From NCBI GenBank assembly GCA_020852375.1, contig JADZAY010000019.1:15319-79318 (forward strand): a stretch of DNA of 64,000 nt, written 5' to 3'. Under the pieces are notes generated by a model. That model made no database searches and was not told where the DNA came from. It was given only the letters and a program-made list of their open reading frames with translations. This document shows positions 26,605-36,722 of the stretch, in pieces. How positions within the stretch are numbered: position 1 is the stretch's first letter; each line of letters opens with the position of its first letter. Position numbers and translations under genes: made by a program. The stretch comes from Candidatus Yanofskybacteria bacterium (lineage in GTDB: Bacteria > Patescibacteriota > Minisyncoccia > 2-02-FULL-40-12 > GWA2-44-9).

Positions 26605-26847
26605 GTGGTTGTGATCCTGCTTCTGTTCCGCCGGTCTACTGACCTGGTGGCCTGTGAGCGGATCCTTTCGGATTTCGGTGCGTCGTTCGCTGTGTGGGCG
26701 CAGGTATTCGATCGGGTGCGCGGGCTGCATGCTGTGCGCATCGCACGGGGTGATCCAGTAGCGTGGCGTGAGGCGCTTATGCGCCTTCCCGAGGTCGAAT
26801 GGGCGGAGGCGGTGCGTTCGGTGTCGTTTTCCCCGCGAATCTCCTAG
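26605..26847 (+). CDS. Hypothetical small protein of 80 aa, predicted from a GTG start
   Basis: The RBS AGGAGG lies 4 nt before the GTG, immediately after repeat copy B. Third-position GC is about 75%. I recognise no motif. Confidence 0.3.
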   Translation: MVVILLLFRRSTDLVACERILSDFGASFAVWAQVFDRVRGLHAVRIARGDPVAWREALMRLPEVEWAEAVRSVSFSPRIS

Positions 26848-26860
26848 GTTTGCGGGGTTA

Positions 26861-26889
26861 TTGCATACTTCGAAAATATGTTATATAAT
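26861..26889 (+). promoter_or_regulatory. Strong sigma70-like promoter TTGCAT-N17-TATAAT; only an 8-nt leader separates it from the ATG at 26898
   Basis: The -35 element is at 26861-26866 and the -10 element at 26884-26889. Confidence 0.55.
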
Positions 26890-26897
26890 ATATCGCT

Positions 26898-27962
26898 ATG
26901 CATGAGTCCCGACTCGCACACTACCTGAACGACGCCGAAAAAGCTGGCATGACGCTGGCTGATGTTGCTCGCGACCTCGCGAATGCGGGGTGGACTCCCG
27001 CGCATCTTGCTACTGCCATCGGATCTCCGATGGTTCCGTCGGGCACGATCGACGTGATCGAAGTTTCTGATCTGGTGAAGCGATACGGGCAATTCACAGC
27101 TGTTGGGGGCATCTCGTTCACCGTCCGGCGAGGGGAGATCTTCGGTATTCTTGGACCTAACGGAGCGGGAAAAACGACGACACTCGAGATGATCGAGGGC
27201 TTGCGAACGCCGACGGCGGGGACTATTCATATTGATGGCTTGAGTGTGACGACGCATACGAATGACGTGAAGCGGCGGATCGGCGTACAGCCTCAGGCGA
27301 GCACGTTCTTCGACGGACTTACCCTGCGGGAGACGCTCGCGCTGTTCGGCGCGCTGTACGGGCGCACAGTTGACCCCGAGGCACTGCTCGCCGATGTCCA
27401 GCTTGGAGAAAAAGCGGGGAGTATGGTCAAGGAGCTTTCCGGGGGACAGAAGCAGCGATTTTCCATTGCGGTTGGCTTGGTGAACGATCCGGTCGTGCTG
27501 TTCCTGGACGAGCCGACGACCGGATTGGACCCGCAGGCGCGTCGGAATCTCTGGGACCTTATTCGGCAGGTCAATGCTCGCGGCACAACCGTCGTGCTGA
27601 CGACCCACTATATGGATGAGGCCGAGGTGCTGTGCGACCGCATTGCGGTCATGGATCACGGTGCCATTGTGGCGCTCGATGCGACTGATCGCTTGCTCGC
27701 CGCGCACGGCGGCGATGCGGTGATCGAGTTTACGAGCGATCACCAGATCGGCGATGGCGTTCTTGCCGCATTGGCCGATGTACGCTCGGTCAGGCAGGCA
27801 GACGGCGTTCATTTTGTGACAACGGCACAGCCGCGGCATACACTCGATGAACTGTTCGGTGCTGGACGCGCGCACGGATTTTCCATCGGGGCGCTTACTC
27901 TGAAGCGCCCGACTTTGGAGGACGTGTTCTTGAATCTGACCGGACATCAACTTCGCGAATAA
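26898..27962 (+). CDS. ABC transporter ATP-binding protein, ABC-2 exporter type, with an N-terminal extension of about 50 aa
   Basis: The Walker A motif is GPNGAGKTT. The ABC signature LSGGQKQR is followed by the Walker B motif LFLDEPTTGLD. Confidence 0.8.
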   Translation: MHESRLAHYLNDAEKAGMTLADVARDLANAGWTPAHLATAIGSPMVPSGTIDVIEVSDLVKRYGQFTAVGGISFTVRRGEIFGILGPNGAGKTTTLEMIEGLRTPTAGTIHIDGLSVTTHTNDVKRRIGVQPQASTFFDGLTLRETLALFGALYGRTVDPEALLADVQLGEKAGSMVKELSGGQKQRFSIAVGLVNDPVVLFLDEPTTGLDPQARRNLWDLIRQVNARGTTVVLTTHYMDEAEVLCDRIAVMDHGAIVALDATDRLLAAHGGDAVIEFTSDHQIGDGVLAALADVRSVRQADGVHFVTTAQPRHTLDELFGAGRAHGFSIGALTLKRPTLEDVFLNLTGHQLRE

Positions 27963-27968
27963 TCCATT

Positions 27969-29063
27969 ATGAATACTTTTCGCTCGCTTGTCGTATCGTC
28001 AGCACTCATTTTCCTGCGGAGCCGCCAGGCGCTGTTCTTTACGCTGTTCATGCCGTTGGTCATTATGTTTATTTTCGGGCTCATCGGGTTCGATAAGGCG
28101 CCGACCTACGATATCGGCGTTGTTGCGGCATCAGCGCAACCGGCAACCGTGCAATTTATCGACCGTCTCAAGGAGTTCGAGATGCTCAAGGTGCATGAGG
28201 GGTCGCTGGCGGACGAGCGAGCGGCGCTCGAGGCTGGGGAGCGCGTCGTAGTCCTGGTTATTCCCGGAGATCTGATTGATGCTGCTGGCGACGCTCCGAA
28301 GGAGGTGGTCGTGTATGTGAACGACGGGCAGCCTGCACAGGTGCAGTCGATCGTCTCGATGCTGAGCCAGTATCTCGACAAGACCAGCCTCGCGCTTGCG
28401 CACGCTCCGACCTTCTTCACGCTCCGCCAGGAGCGCGTGGAGTCGCGCGACTTGAAGTACATCGATTTCCTGCTCCCGGGGCTCATCGCGATGTCGGTCA
28501 TGCAGATGTCCGTTTTCTCGGTCGCGTTCCTTTTCGTGCAATACAAGGAGAAGGGAGTCCTCAAGCGGCTCGCCGCGACTCCGATGCGACCGTTCCAGTT
28601 CGTTGCGGCGAACGCGGTGACGCGATTGGCGGTGTCATTCGTCCAGACCGCTATCTTCATTCTGGTCGGAGTGCTCGTGCTCGATGCGACCGTCGTCGGC
28701 TCGTACTGGCTGATCGCGCTTTGCGTGATATTGGGAGCGCTCATGTTCCTGGGGCTCGGATTCACTGTGTCGGGCATCGCGAAGACCGTTGAATCAGTGC
28801 CAGCGCTCGCGAACCTTATCGTGTTCCCGATGCTGTTCTTGGGTGGGACATTCTTCCCTCTCTCCAGTATGCCCGAGTGGCTGCAGACCGGGGCCAAGCT
28901 TCTTCCATTGACCTTCTTCTCGACTCCGCTTCGCGAGGTTATGACCAAAGGTGCGGGATTTTCCGCGATCGCGGGTGATCTGCTCGGCATGGTGGTGTGG
29001 GGTGCCATTCTCATTGGCACCGCAACGCTGACGTTTGGACTCCAGGAACGCGATAGTGCATAA
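27969..29063 (+). CDS. ABC-2 family transporter permease
   Basis: A polytopic membrane protein of 364 aa, encoded immediately downstream of the ATPase. Confidence 0.75.
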   Translation: MNTFRSLVVSSALIFLRSRQALFFTLFMPLVIMFIFGLIGFDKAPTYDIGVVAASAQPATVQFIDRLKEFEMLKVHEGSLADERAALEAGERVVVLVIPGDLIDAAGDAPKEVVVYVNDGQPAQVQSIVSMLSQYLDKTSLALAHAPTFFTLRQERVESRDLKYIDFLLPGLIAMSVMQMSVFSVAFLFVQYKEKGVLKRLAATPMRPFQFVAANAVTRLAVSFVQTAIFILVGVLVLDATVVGSYWLIALCVILGALMFLGLGFTVSGIAKTVESVPALANLIVFPMLFLGGTFFPLSSMPEWLQTGAKLLPLTFFSTPLREVMTKGAGFSAIAGDLLGMVVWGAILIGTATLTFGLQERDSA

Positions 29064-29070
29064 GTCATTG

Positions 29071-29541
29071 ATGCCGACAGTGTATACTGGCGGCATGATC
29101 CCCTCATACTTCTCGAAGCCGATCCTTGCGGTGCTGCGTATTGCGATGGGCTGGATGTTCTTGTACGCAGGCGTCACCAAGCTTCTCGATCCCGAGTGGT
29201 CGGCGGCCGGATATCTCCAGAACGCAAAAGCGCTGACCGGGTTGTACCACTGGCTTGCCAGTCCTGGCATCTTGCCTGTCACGAACGCGCTGAACGAATG
29301 GGGCCTCACGCTCCTTGGTATTTCGCTCACACTCGGCGCGTTCGTGCGTTTTAGCGCGCCGTTCGGCGCGCTGTTGATGGTGCTGTACTACCTGGCGCTT
29401 GGATTCCCATATCCGAACCCGAATGCATTTGTTATTGACCAGCACATCATCTTTGCGCTGGTGCTCATGTTCCTAGCAGCATCGAGCGCCGGGCGGTTTT
29501 GGGGTCTTGATGCGTGGCAGCGATTTAACCGCGCCAACTAG
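29071..29541 (+). CDS. DoxX family membrane protein
   Basis: The segment ILAVLRIAMGWMFLYAGVTKL is typical of DoxX, and there are 4 TM helices. The start could instead be the ATG at 29095. The track ORF from 29035 overlaps the permease gene. Confidence 0.6.
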   Translation: MPTVYTGGMIPSYFSKPILAVLRIAMGWMFLYAGVTKLLDPEWSAAGYLQNAKALTGLYHWLASPGILPVTNALNEWGLTLLGISLTLGAFVRFSAPFGALLMVLYYLALGFPYPNPNAFVIDQHIIFALVLMFLAASSAGRFWGLDAWQRFNRAN

Positions 29542-30056
29542 AATAAGAGGCGGTAGATGAACGATGCGACCGGATCGATGTCTGGTCCGTATGCGATGAT
29601 GCCGCCGAGCGCGCCGGTGAGCGTGATGAGCGTAAGTCCGACGATGCTGACGACATATGCGAAGCGCGTTTCTGTGATGCGCTGCCCAAGCGCGTGTATC
29701 ATGCGGAATGCGGAGGTATGACGCAGGCGCGTGAATACCTGTTCACGCTCCATCCACTGCGCGGCATAGGCGATGGAGAGTATTCCAAACACGCCGAGCG
29801 TTGCAGTTGCGAGTGATGAATGAAGCTCGACGATACGGGCGGTTGTCGTCCCGTCGTAGAGGTGTTCGAGGAGCTCTCCGGTTTGCAAGGCAATGAATCC
29901 ACTGATCGTGCCGGCGATCACCAGGAATGCCTTCGTATGGAAGATGTAGGACTTCTGGAGAACTCGGCGAAACCGGACAAGCTCGAGCGTGGCGGCGAGT
30001 GTGAGGAGGGCAACCGGGAAATGCACGAAGATCGGATGAATATTGAGAGGTGTCAT
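29538..30056 (-). CDS. DUF2231-like membrane protein
   Basis: The N-terminus reads HPIFVHFPVALL, and there are 4-5 TM helices. Convergent with the DoxX gene, overlapping it by 4 nt. Confidence 0.55.
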   Translation of the reverse strand: MTPLNIHPIFVHFPVALLTLAATLELVRFRRVLQKSYIFHTKAFLVIAGTISGFIALQTGELLEHLYDGTTTARIVELHSSLATATLGVFGILSIAYAAQWMEREQVFTRLRHTSAFRMIHALGQRITETRFAYVVSIVGLTLITLTGALGGIIAYGPDIDPVASFIYRLLF

Positions 30057-30094
30057 ATGCAGGCATCATACGCCTCCCCGGGATTGAAGCAATC

Positions 30095-30122
30095 TTGTAT
30101 CGCCGACGTGTCTGCGTATACT
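30095..30122 (+). promoter_or_regulatory. Sigma70-like promoter TTGTAT-N16-TATACT
   Basis: It lies upstream of GGGAGG-N5-GTG at 30155. Confidence 0.4.
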
Positions 30123-30154
30123 GTCGGGTACAGCTCTTTTCACGGGAGGCCATA

Positions 30155-30706
30155 GTGACCACGGTGCTTGGCTACCACTCAGCGGATGAGTTTTTCCGGG
30201 ATGCTCTCACTGCAGCGATGCAGCGCGAGCGCATTCATGTTTCCGCGCTCGCAGAGTTCTACCTTACGACGCTGCTTGCCCGTCCTGCGGGCTGGAGTGC
30301 TCGGTCCGGCTTGCCGCTGAGCACTCGGTTCGTTCAGGCGATCGGGATGCCGCATACCTCAGCGGAACGGGCGCGCCTGCTTCGTGAGGTTGGCGACGAT
30401 GCGCTCACAAGCTTCGTCTGGTGGCAGTTGGAGTCTCGCCGTCGCTCCGGAAGTCTCGCGCTGTATCGGCATCTGGGGGAGCGTGCGTATCTCCACTGCG
30501 GAGCGTGCCCATTCCATGAACTGGGGACTAAATTTCGCCGCATCTCGGATGCCATGGCTCGATGCGGTACGGCGCTGGGAGCGTTGCGACCTCCCGATGT
30601 CCTTCGGCTCTACGAGCTTTGGGCGGAAACGGGAAGCGAGTACGCTGCACGCGCAGTCACCGAACTCGGCCTCTTTTTCGCCGGGAGCGGAGATGCCCAC
30701 GACTGA
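30155..30706 (+). CDS. Hypothetical protein of 183 aa
   Basis: The RBS GGGAGG lies 5 nt before the GTG. The track ORF from 30050 overlaps the divergent DUF2231 gene, so I prefer the GTG start. Confidence 0.45.
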   Translation: MTTVLGYHSADEFFRDALTAAMQRERIHVSALAEFYLTTLLARPAGWSARSGLPLSTRFVQAIGMPHTSAERARLLREVGDDALTSFVWWQLESRRRSGSLALYRHLGERAYLHCGACPFHELGTKFRRISDAMARCGTALGALRPPDVLRLYELWAETGSEYAARAVTELGLFFAGSGDAHD

Positions 30707-30752
30707 TCGTGGGCGTTTTTCTTTTCCTATTTTTGTGCTATAATACAGCACT

Positions 30753-31556
30753 ATGTCCGCTCCGACCCGCTCTCGCATACTGCTCGGTGTGGGGATCTGT
30801 GCGGTGCTTGCCGCTGTCGTTTGGCGTGGCGTTATCCGCGATGCGGTTGTCGAACTGGCGAAGCCGCCAGTGCCCAGCGAGCAGCCGCGGTTCTCGCCGA
30901 CTCCCGCGCTATCGGCGGTCGTTGTTCGGCCCTCGGTATCCGCAACACCCGGTCCGGTGAACCTTGCCGTGCCGTTCTCCTCGCAGGCGCCGTTCGGCGA
31001 CTGGTCGCTTCCATGGCAGGAGGCGTGTGAGGAGGCGAGCGCACTTTTGGTGGATGCATACTGGCGCGGGGCGACGGTTTCGGCAGACAGTGTTGCTGCC
31101 GAGATCCAGCGCCTTGTCGCATGGGAACAGGAGCGGTTCGGGTACTACCAGCATACGACCGCGGCCGAAACCGCGCTGATGCTCCGTGAAGTGTACGGAT
31201 ACCGCCGCGTCGATGTTGAATATGGAGTGGGTACCGAGCGCATCGCGGAACATGTGCGCGCCGGGCGCCCGGTCATTGTGCCGCTTGCCGGGCGTTTGCT
31301 GGGGAACAAATACTATACGCAACCCGGCCCGGCGTACCATATGTTGGTCGTCAAAGGCGTGGCGGAGAACGGAGATATCATTACGAACGACGTCGGAACT
31401 CGGCACGGGCGAAATCTTACCTATGCGCCAGCAGTATTCCTGAACGCCATGCATGATGTGCCGCAAGGCGGCGACGCATGGCCTGCCGATATTGATCCCG
31501 CCGAATACATCAAAACCGGGCGGCGAGCTATTATCGTTGTGTATCCGAACGAATAA
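30753..31556 (+). CDS. Secreted protein with a possible peptidase-C39-like (papain-fold) domain
   Basis: An N-terminal TM or signal sequence is present. The segment VPFSSQAP...LPWQEACEEASALLVDAYW is consistent with a Gln/Cys oxyanion-plus-nucleophile block. A later His lies in YHMLVVKG. I call this from memory. Confidence 0.45.
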   Translation: MSAPTRSRILLGVGICAVLAAVVWRGVIRDAVVELAKPPVPSEQPRFSPTPALSAVVVRPSVSATPGPVNLAVPFSSQAPFGDWSLPWQEACEEASALLVDAYWRGATVSADSVAAEIQRLVAWEQERFGYYQHTTAAETALMLREVYGYRRVDVEYGVGTERIAEHVRAGRPVIVPLAGRLLGNKYYTQPGPAYHMLVVKGVAENGDIITNDVGTRHGRNLTYAPAVFLNAMHDVPQGGDAWPADIDPAEYIKTGRRAIIVVYPNE

Positions 31557-31558
31557 AA

Positions 31559-31578
31559 CCGCCGGAGTCTCCGGCGGC
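31559..31578 (+). terminator. Hairpin CCGCCGGAG-tc-TCCGGCGG between convergent genes, with flanking T-rich tracts
   Basis: It lies between the 31556 stop on the plus strand and the 31601 stop of murJ on the minus strand. Confidence 0.45.
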
Positions 31579-31600
31579 GATCTCTCTGGTAGGTTTTTGC

Positions 31601-32941
31601 TTAGTGTGCGATACGAAGCCGCCGGCGGAGCAGGAAGAACAGAGCGACCGCTTCGATCGAGACTGATATCACATATGCGCATCCCAGCGCATTGATGCCG
31701 AGCGACGGTATGAGGGCGCGGGCAAGCGCCCAAATGAGTCCGAGTCCCGGCACGGAGATGAAGATAGGGGTCCAGGTGTCTTTTAGCGCGTAGAACGCGC
31801 GTACGAAGAGATGGATGAAACTCTCTGCCGGTATGGAAAGCGCAAATACTGCAAGGAGGCGAGCGGTTGCGGCGACCTGCTCGGAGCCGAACCGTCCGCC
31901 ACCGAGGAAGAGGTCGATAACAAGCCGCCCTGCAATCATGTAGAACGCGGCAGAGAGGAGTGTAACCAGTGCGAGCGGCTGCGCTGCTCCTTTTAATGCG
32001 CGCATGAACGCCGCATCGTCGTTGAGCGCCGCGGCCCGGGAAAGCGAGGCGAAGACCGCTGTCGAAAAGGAGATGCCAAACAGGGCGACCGGGACCGATT
32101 GGAAATTCCGTGCAAAGCTCAAAATAGCGATCGAGCCGACGGCGAGCGATGATGCGAGATTCGTGAACAAGAAAAAGGTGATCTGCTCGACGGGTTGTCC
32201 CGCCATACGAGGGATCATAAGCTTCAACACTTGGCGGAATTCCGGATGCGCGAGATCGATCGGTCCTGACGGGCGGAAGCGAGATCGCCACAGCGCAATG
32301 ATCCGCGTGCAGAGGTGAAGCGCTGCGCCGCCGACCGTACCGATCACCAAGCCGACAGGTCCGAGCGCGGGGACCAGAAATACGCCCCCGATGATACCAA
32401 TGTTGTAGAGTATGGGAGACGTCCCGTATCCGACGAATCGCTCGAGAGAAACGAGAATACTTCCGAGCGTGTTGGAGAGCGCGAACAGGATCGGAGAGAG
32501 GAGCATAAAGCGGCTCATGCGGATCAGGAGGGCCATCTCATCGGGGGAGAATCCTGGCGCCACAATGCCCGCAATCTGCGGCATAAAGAGAAGGGCGAGG
32601 ATGCCGATCACCAGCATCGCGCCGGGGGCGCCCACAAGCATGGTTGCCGCCAGTTGGCGGGCGTCATCAGAGCGTTCTCGAGCGAGAAGGTGGGTGAAGA
32701 CGGGTACGAACGCAGCTGCGAGCGCTCCGGCAACGAAGACGTTCAGGAGGGTGTCGGGGACGATGAATGCCGCGTTGTAGACATCGAGCAGGCGCCCCGC
32801 GCCCAGCATCCGCGCAAACAGCATGTCGCGTACCAATCCCAGAAGGTAGCTCGCGAACGTAAGCGCGGTCAGGAGTGTTGCTCCGCGGCGAAATACCGAG
32901 CCGAACAGATAGTCCCAGATCTTTTGCATTGCAGTGTCCAT
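31601..32941 (-). CDS. murJ: Lipid II flippase MurJ (MviN family)
   Basis: The N-terminus carries ASYLLGLVRDMLFARMLGAG...DVYNAAFIVPD, which is characteristic of MurJ. There are at least 12 TM helices. Confidence 0.75.
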   Translation of the reverse strand: MDTAMQKIWDYLFGSVFRRGATLLTALTFASYLLGLVRDMLFARMLGAGRLLDVYNAAFIVPDTLLNVFVAGALAAAFVPVFTHLLARERSDDARQLAATMLVGAPGAMLVIGILALLFMPQIAGIVAPGFSPDEMALLIRMSRFMLLSPILFALSNTLGSILVSLERFVGYGTSPILYNIGIIGGVFLVPALGPVGLVIGTVGGAALHLCTRIIALWRSRFRPSGPIDLAHPEFRQVLKLMIPRMAGQPVEQITFFLFTNLASSLAVGSIAILSFARNFQSVPVALFGISFSTAVFASLSRAAALNDDAAFMRALKGAAQPLALVTLLSAAFYMIAGRLVIDLFLGGGRFGSEQVAATARLLAVFALSIPAESFIHLFVRAFYALKDTWTPIFISVPGLGLIWALARALIPSLGINALGCAYVISVSIEAVALFFLLRRRLRIAH

Positions 32942-33039
32942 CGTACCGCACTCGAGCCGCGTGTTCCAGCGGTTGACTGCCCATTGTGGGCGGCGTAGGG
33001 TTGATTCCGGCCGCGCTCTCGGGGGAGCCGGAATGTGAT

Positions 33040-34650
33040 ATGATACATACGTTCACTATGAAACACCTTTTTTCGTGGTTTTTGCATCTTTCTCGGGGCG
33101 CTCGGATTGCTGTGGGCGCCGGTGCCGCGATCTTTTTGATCGTTATCGTGCGTGTAGTCGTGGGTGGCGGTACCGACGCCAACCGTTTTATCGCGGTCAC
33201 TCGGGGATCCGTCCAGCAGATCGTATCGGTAACCGGGCGGGTGAAGGCGACGCAAGACGTTGAACTCGCATTTCAAGGGACGGGGCGTGTCGCCCAGGTG
33301 GGTGCGCGCGTCGGTGATCGTGTGGTTCCGGGACAGATCTTAGCGAGCCTCGATAATGCCGAGCTGAATGCCCAGCTCCGCGATGCACAGGCGAATGTGC
33401 TTGCCCAACAGGCGAAGCTTCAAGAGCTTGAGGGTGGTGGCAGAGCTGAGGAGATCGCGATCAAAGAGTCTGAACTTCGCAAAGCGCAGCAGGACCTCGA
33501 AAATGCATACGCGAATGTGTACGACGTGCTGCTCGATGCGTACACGAAGACCGACAACGCAGTGCGCATTCAGACGGCTCAGATCCTGCTGAGCGTAGGA
33601 AGCGAAACGGTCCCGCAGTACCAGCTGGCATTCACCTGCGCATGCGACCAGCTTCAGCGCGACGCACTTTCGAAGCGTGTCAGCGCGGAAGTCGCGCTGC
33701 ATCGATGGCAGCAGGAGCTGAACGGTATCTCACTGAGCAGCTCTCCGGAAATGCTCATGAAGGCGCTTCGGAACGCTCGGGGGTATACCCAGACCGCGAA
33801 AGAGCTTCTCGCGCTCACCCAGGGCATTCTCGACAATAGCAGCGTCCAGGTTGACTCGGATACGCTACAAACCTACCGGACCAATGTGAATACCGGGCGA
33901 GCAAACATTGTTGCCGCACAGACGGCGGTCAACACTCAGGACCAGCTGGTCGCAACAAATATCCTAACGGTTGAGCGCGTGACGGGCGAGCTCGCGCTTA
34001 CCAAGGCGGGCTCGACGCCCGAACAGGTCACGGCCCAACGTGCGGTAGTTCTCTCCGCCGAGGCGCAGGCACAGCGGATCCAGGCGCAGATCGCTAAGAA
34101 CATCATTCGGAGCCCATTGAAGGGGATCGTGACCCGGCAGGATGCAAAGGTCGGGCAGACCGCAACATCCGGGCAAGCCTTGGTTGCGGTCATCTCTGAT
34201 CAGGATCTCGAGATCGAGGCGAACGTTCCCGAAGTTGATATCGGACGGCTTGCGATCGGCAATCCGGTGCGGATGACCGTGGACGCCCTTCCGGGGCAGA
34301 CACTCGCGGCGCGGGTGACGTTCATTGATCCCGCCGAGACCGTTATCGACGGTGTGGTGAACTTCAAGGTGACCGTTCTTTTAGATGCCCCGAACACCGG
34401 TCTGAAGAGCGGTCTGACCGTTAACTTGGACATCGAGTCCGCTCGCCGAGAGGGTGTCCTACTATTGCCGCAGTTCACGATCATCGAGGATGATCGGGGC
34501 GCGTTCGTCAAAAAGCTTGTTGGGGACGCAACGATGGAAGCATCGGTGGTGCTGGGGCTTCGCGGGCAGGACGGCACCGTTGAGATCGTCTCGGGTCTTT
34601 CCGAAGGGGATCGCGTCGAGAATATCGGCATCAAGCGGAATGGCAACTAG
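33040..34650 (+). CDS. Periplasmic adaptor subunit of an efflux system (HlyD/membrane-fusion protein family, MacA-like)
   Basis: An N-terminal TM anchor is followed by a long coiled coil (LDNAELNAQLRDAQANVLAQQAKLQELEGGG...) and then a beta-barrel region. It lies directly upstream of MacB-like genes. Confidence 0.7.
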   Translation: MIHTFTMKHLFSWFLHLSRGARIAVGAGAAIFLIVIVRVVVGGGTDANRFIAVTRGSVQQIVSVTGRVKATQDVELAFQGTGRVAQVGARVGDRVVPGQILASLDNAELNAQLRDAQANVLAQQAKLQELEGGGRAEEIAIKESELRKAQQDLENAYANVYDVLLDAYTKTDNAVRIQTAQILLSVGSETVPQYQLAFTCACDQLQRDALSKRVSAEVALHRWQQELNGISLSSSPEMLMKALRNARGYTQTAKELLALTQGILDNSSVQVDSDTLQTYRTNVNTGRANIVAAQTAVNTQDQLVATNILTVERVTGELALTKAGSTPEQVTAQRAVVLSAEAQAQRIQAQIAKNIIRSPLKGIVTRQDAKVGQTATSGQALVAVISDQDLEIEANVPEVDIGRLAIGNPVRMTVDALPGQTLAARVTFIDPAETVIDGVVNFKVTVLLDAPNTGLKSGLTVNLDIESARREGVLLLPQFTIIEDDRGAFVKKLVGDATMEASVVLGLRGQDGTVEIVSGLSEGDRVENIGIKRNGN

Positions 34651-34658
34651 CGGCATTC

Positions 34659-35372
34659 ATGATCGAGCTTGAACATCTCGGAAAAGTATATCGCGAGAAT
34701 GGAGGAGAGCTGTCGACGGTCGCACTGACCGATGTTACTTTTTCCATACAGAAAGGGGAGTTCGTCGCCATTATGGGCCCTTCTGGTTCGGGGAAATCCA
34801 CACTCCTTCATATTCTCGACTTCCTTGATCGTCCGACGAGCGGCGCATATCGGTTCATGGGGCGAGATACTTCGACATTGACCGACATTGAGCTTGCCCA
34901 TTTACGGAACAAGGAGATGGGGTTCGTGTTTCAGGCATTTAATCTATTGAGTCGGGCGAGTGTGCACGAGAATGTCGAACTTCCACTCATGTATGCTCCG
35001 ATACCGCAATTTCGACGCCAAGAACTGGTGGAGCGAGCTGTACGTGCAGTGGGACTTGAAGAAAAGATCCAGTCGCCTGCCGCGAACCTTTCGGGAGGGC
35101 AAAAGCAGCGCGTTGCGATCGCGCGCGCACTGGTGAACGATCCGAGCATTATTTTTGCAGACGAGCCGACCGGTAACCTCGACTCGAAGAGTGGTGGTCA
35201 GATCATGGAGATACTGCAGGGACTCAACGACGCGGGGCGTACCATCATTCTGGTGACGCATGAGACCTATACCGCCCGCTATGCGGGGCGCCTCATCGCC
35301 TTGCGGGATGGGGGAGTTGAGCGTGATGAGCCAATTACCGATCGGAATAAAGGGAACGGTCTCTTCAAATAA
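34659..35372 (+). CDS. ABC transporter ATP-binding protein, MacB/LolD-like
   Basis: The Walker A motif is GPSGSGKST. The signature [15 protein letters not shown] and Walker [11 protein letters not shown] are present. Confidence 0.8.
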   Translation: MIELEHLGKVYRENGGELSTVALTDVTFSIQKGEFVAIMGPSGSGKSTLLHILDFLDRPTSGAYRFMGRDTSTLTDIELAHLRNKEMGFVFQAFNLLSRASVHENVELPLMYAPIPQFRRQELVERAVRAVGLEEKIQSPAANLSGGQKQRVAIARALVNDPSIIFADEPTGNLDSKSGGQIMEILQGLNDAGRTIILVTHETYTARYAGRLIALRDGGVERDEPITDRNKGNGLFK

Positions 35373-35374
35373 CC

Positions 35375-36604
35375 ATGCAGTTCAACGACGCCATTCGCTC
35401 ATCGCTTCGCGGTCTGCGGCAGAACAAGATCAGGACGACCCTGACGATGCTCGGCATCATTATTGGTGTCTCTTCGGTCATTCTGATCATGTCGATCGGT
35501 CGCTCGGCGGAGCGATATATTATCGACCAAGTCCAGAGCTTTGGATCGAACCTGATCAGCGTCAACCCCGGTGCTCCCACGAAGGGTGCGCCAGCGATCG
35601 CCCAAGGCATTGTGATCAAGACGCTGGTCCAGCGCGATGTGGATTCGCTCGAGCGCGAGCCGTCGATCGTTTCCGTCGCGGCTCGGGTGAGCGGGCAATC
35701 GCGATTCTCCTACGGAAACACCAGCAAGTCGGTCGTGTGGCATGCGATGCCCCCGAATGTCTTTTCGATGTTCAATATCGAGTTGAGTCGCGGGCAGTAT
35801 TATACCGAGGCGGACTCGCAGGCGTACAATAAGGTCATTATTCTGGGTCAGGAGTTGGCGAACGATCTGTTCGGGAATGCCGATCCGATTGGTCGGAGTG
35901 TGCGCGTGAAGGATTTCAATTTCCGCGTCGTTGGCATCATGAAGCCGAAGGGCGCAGGCATCTTTAGCTTTGATGAGAGCGCTATTCTCCCGCTGACCGT
36001 TGGTCAGAAGCAGCTACTGGGTATCGACTACTACCAAGAGATCCACGCGGAGATCGATCCGGTATATGATGCGAGCTTTGTGAAGTCGCGCATCACTTCC
36101 ATCTTGCGACAGAATCACCGTATCACCGACCCGTCGAAGGACGATTTCATGGTCGCCTCGATGGAGGAGGCGCTTTCGATCATCCAAAATGTCACGTCTG
36201 CACTAACGGTGTTCCTGTCCGCGATCGCGGCGATCTCGCTGGTGGTCGGCGGCATCGGCATTATGAATATTATGCTGGTATCCGTGGTCGAGCGCACCCG
36301 AGAGATCGGGCTTCGAAAGGCGCTTGGCGCCACCGAGGCGGACATTCTTCGCCAGTTCCTTGTGGAGTCGGTCATTCTCACCTCGATTGGTGGAGCGATC
36401 GGCATTACCGCAGGTGCGTTCTTCACCATTGCGACGTATTTTGGTGTCACGTATATCGCGAAATTTGCGTGGCCGTTGCAATTCCCGCTCTCTGCGGTCA
36501 TCATCGCAGTGACGGTCTCGGTGCTGACCGGATTGGTGTTCGGCGTGTATCCTGCACGCCAGGCCGCTCGGAAGAATCCTATCGACGCGCTTCGATACGA
36601 GTGA
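35375..36604 (+). CDS. ABC transporter permease with MacB_PCD and an FtsX-like domain
   Basis: An N-terminal TM helix, a large periplasmic domain, and 3 C-terminal TM helices. The start lies 3 nt after the ATPase stop. Confidence 0.8.
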   Translation: MQFNDAIRSSLRGLRQNKIRTTLTMLGIIIGVSSVILIMSIGRSAERYIIDQVQSFGSNLISVNPGAPTKGAPAIAQGIVIKTLVQRDVDSLEREPSIVSVAARVSGQSRFSYGNTSKSVVWHAMPPNVFSMFNIELSRGQYYTEADSQAYNKVIILGQELANDLFGNADPIGRSVRVKDFNFRVVGIMKPKGAGIFSFDESAILPLTVGQKQLLGIDYYQEIHAEIDPVYDASFVKSRITSILRQNHRITDPSKDDFMVASMEEALSIIQNVTSALTVFLSAIAAISLVVGGIGIMNIMLVSVVERTREIGLRKALGATEADILRQFLVESVILTSIGGAIGITAGAFFTIATYFGVTYIAKFAWPLQFPLSAVIIAVTVSVLTGLVFGVYPARQAARKNPIDALRYE

Positions 36605-36690
36605 TCGATACCCCGCCTCCCATGCCCGGCACATCCCCCTCGGACGCGCTTGCCGCCCCTGCGCGGCGGCTTCGCTCTGCACTCGGTGCC

Positions 36691-36722
36691 GGACCCGTCA
36701 AGGAGTGACCCTTGACGGGTCC
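36691..36722 (+). terminator. Perfect 12/13-bp GC-rich hairpin GGACCCGTCAAGG-agtgacc-CTTGACGGGTCC, about 90 nt after the permease stop
   Basis: An inverted repeat with no clear T-run. It could be an intrinsic terminator or part of a structured RNA. Confidence 0.4.

Noticed and set aside
28106-29107. 333-aa minus-strand ORF antisense to the ABC-2 permease
   Set aside because: The permease, together with the adjacent ATPase gene and its promoter, is the coherent reading of this region.
30909-32291. 460-aa minus-strand ORF spanning the C39-like gene and the start of murJ
   Set aside because: It is antisense to one well-supported gene and out of frame with another. The translation is low-complexity and Arg/Pro-rich.
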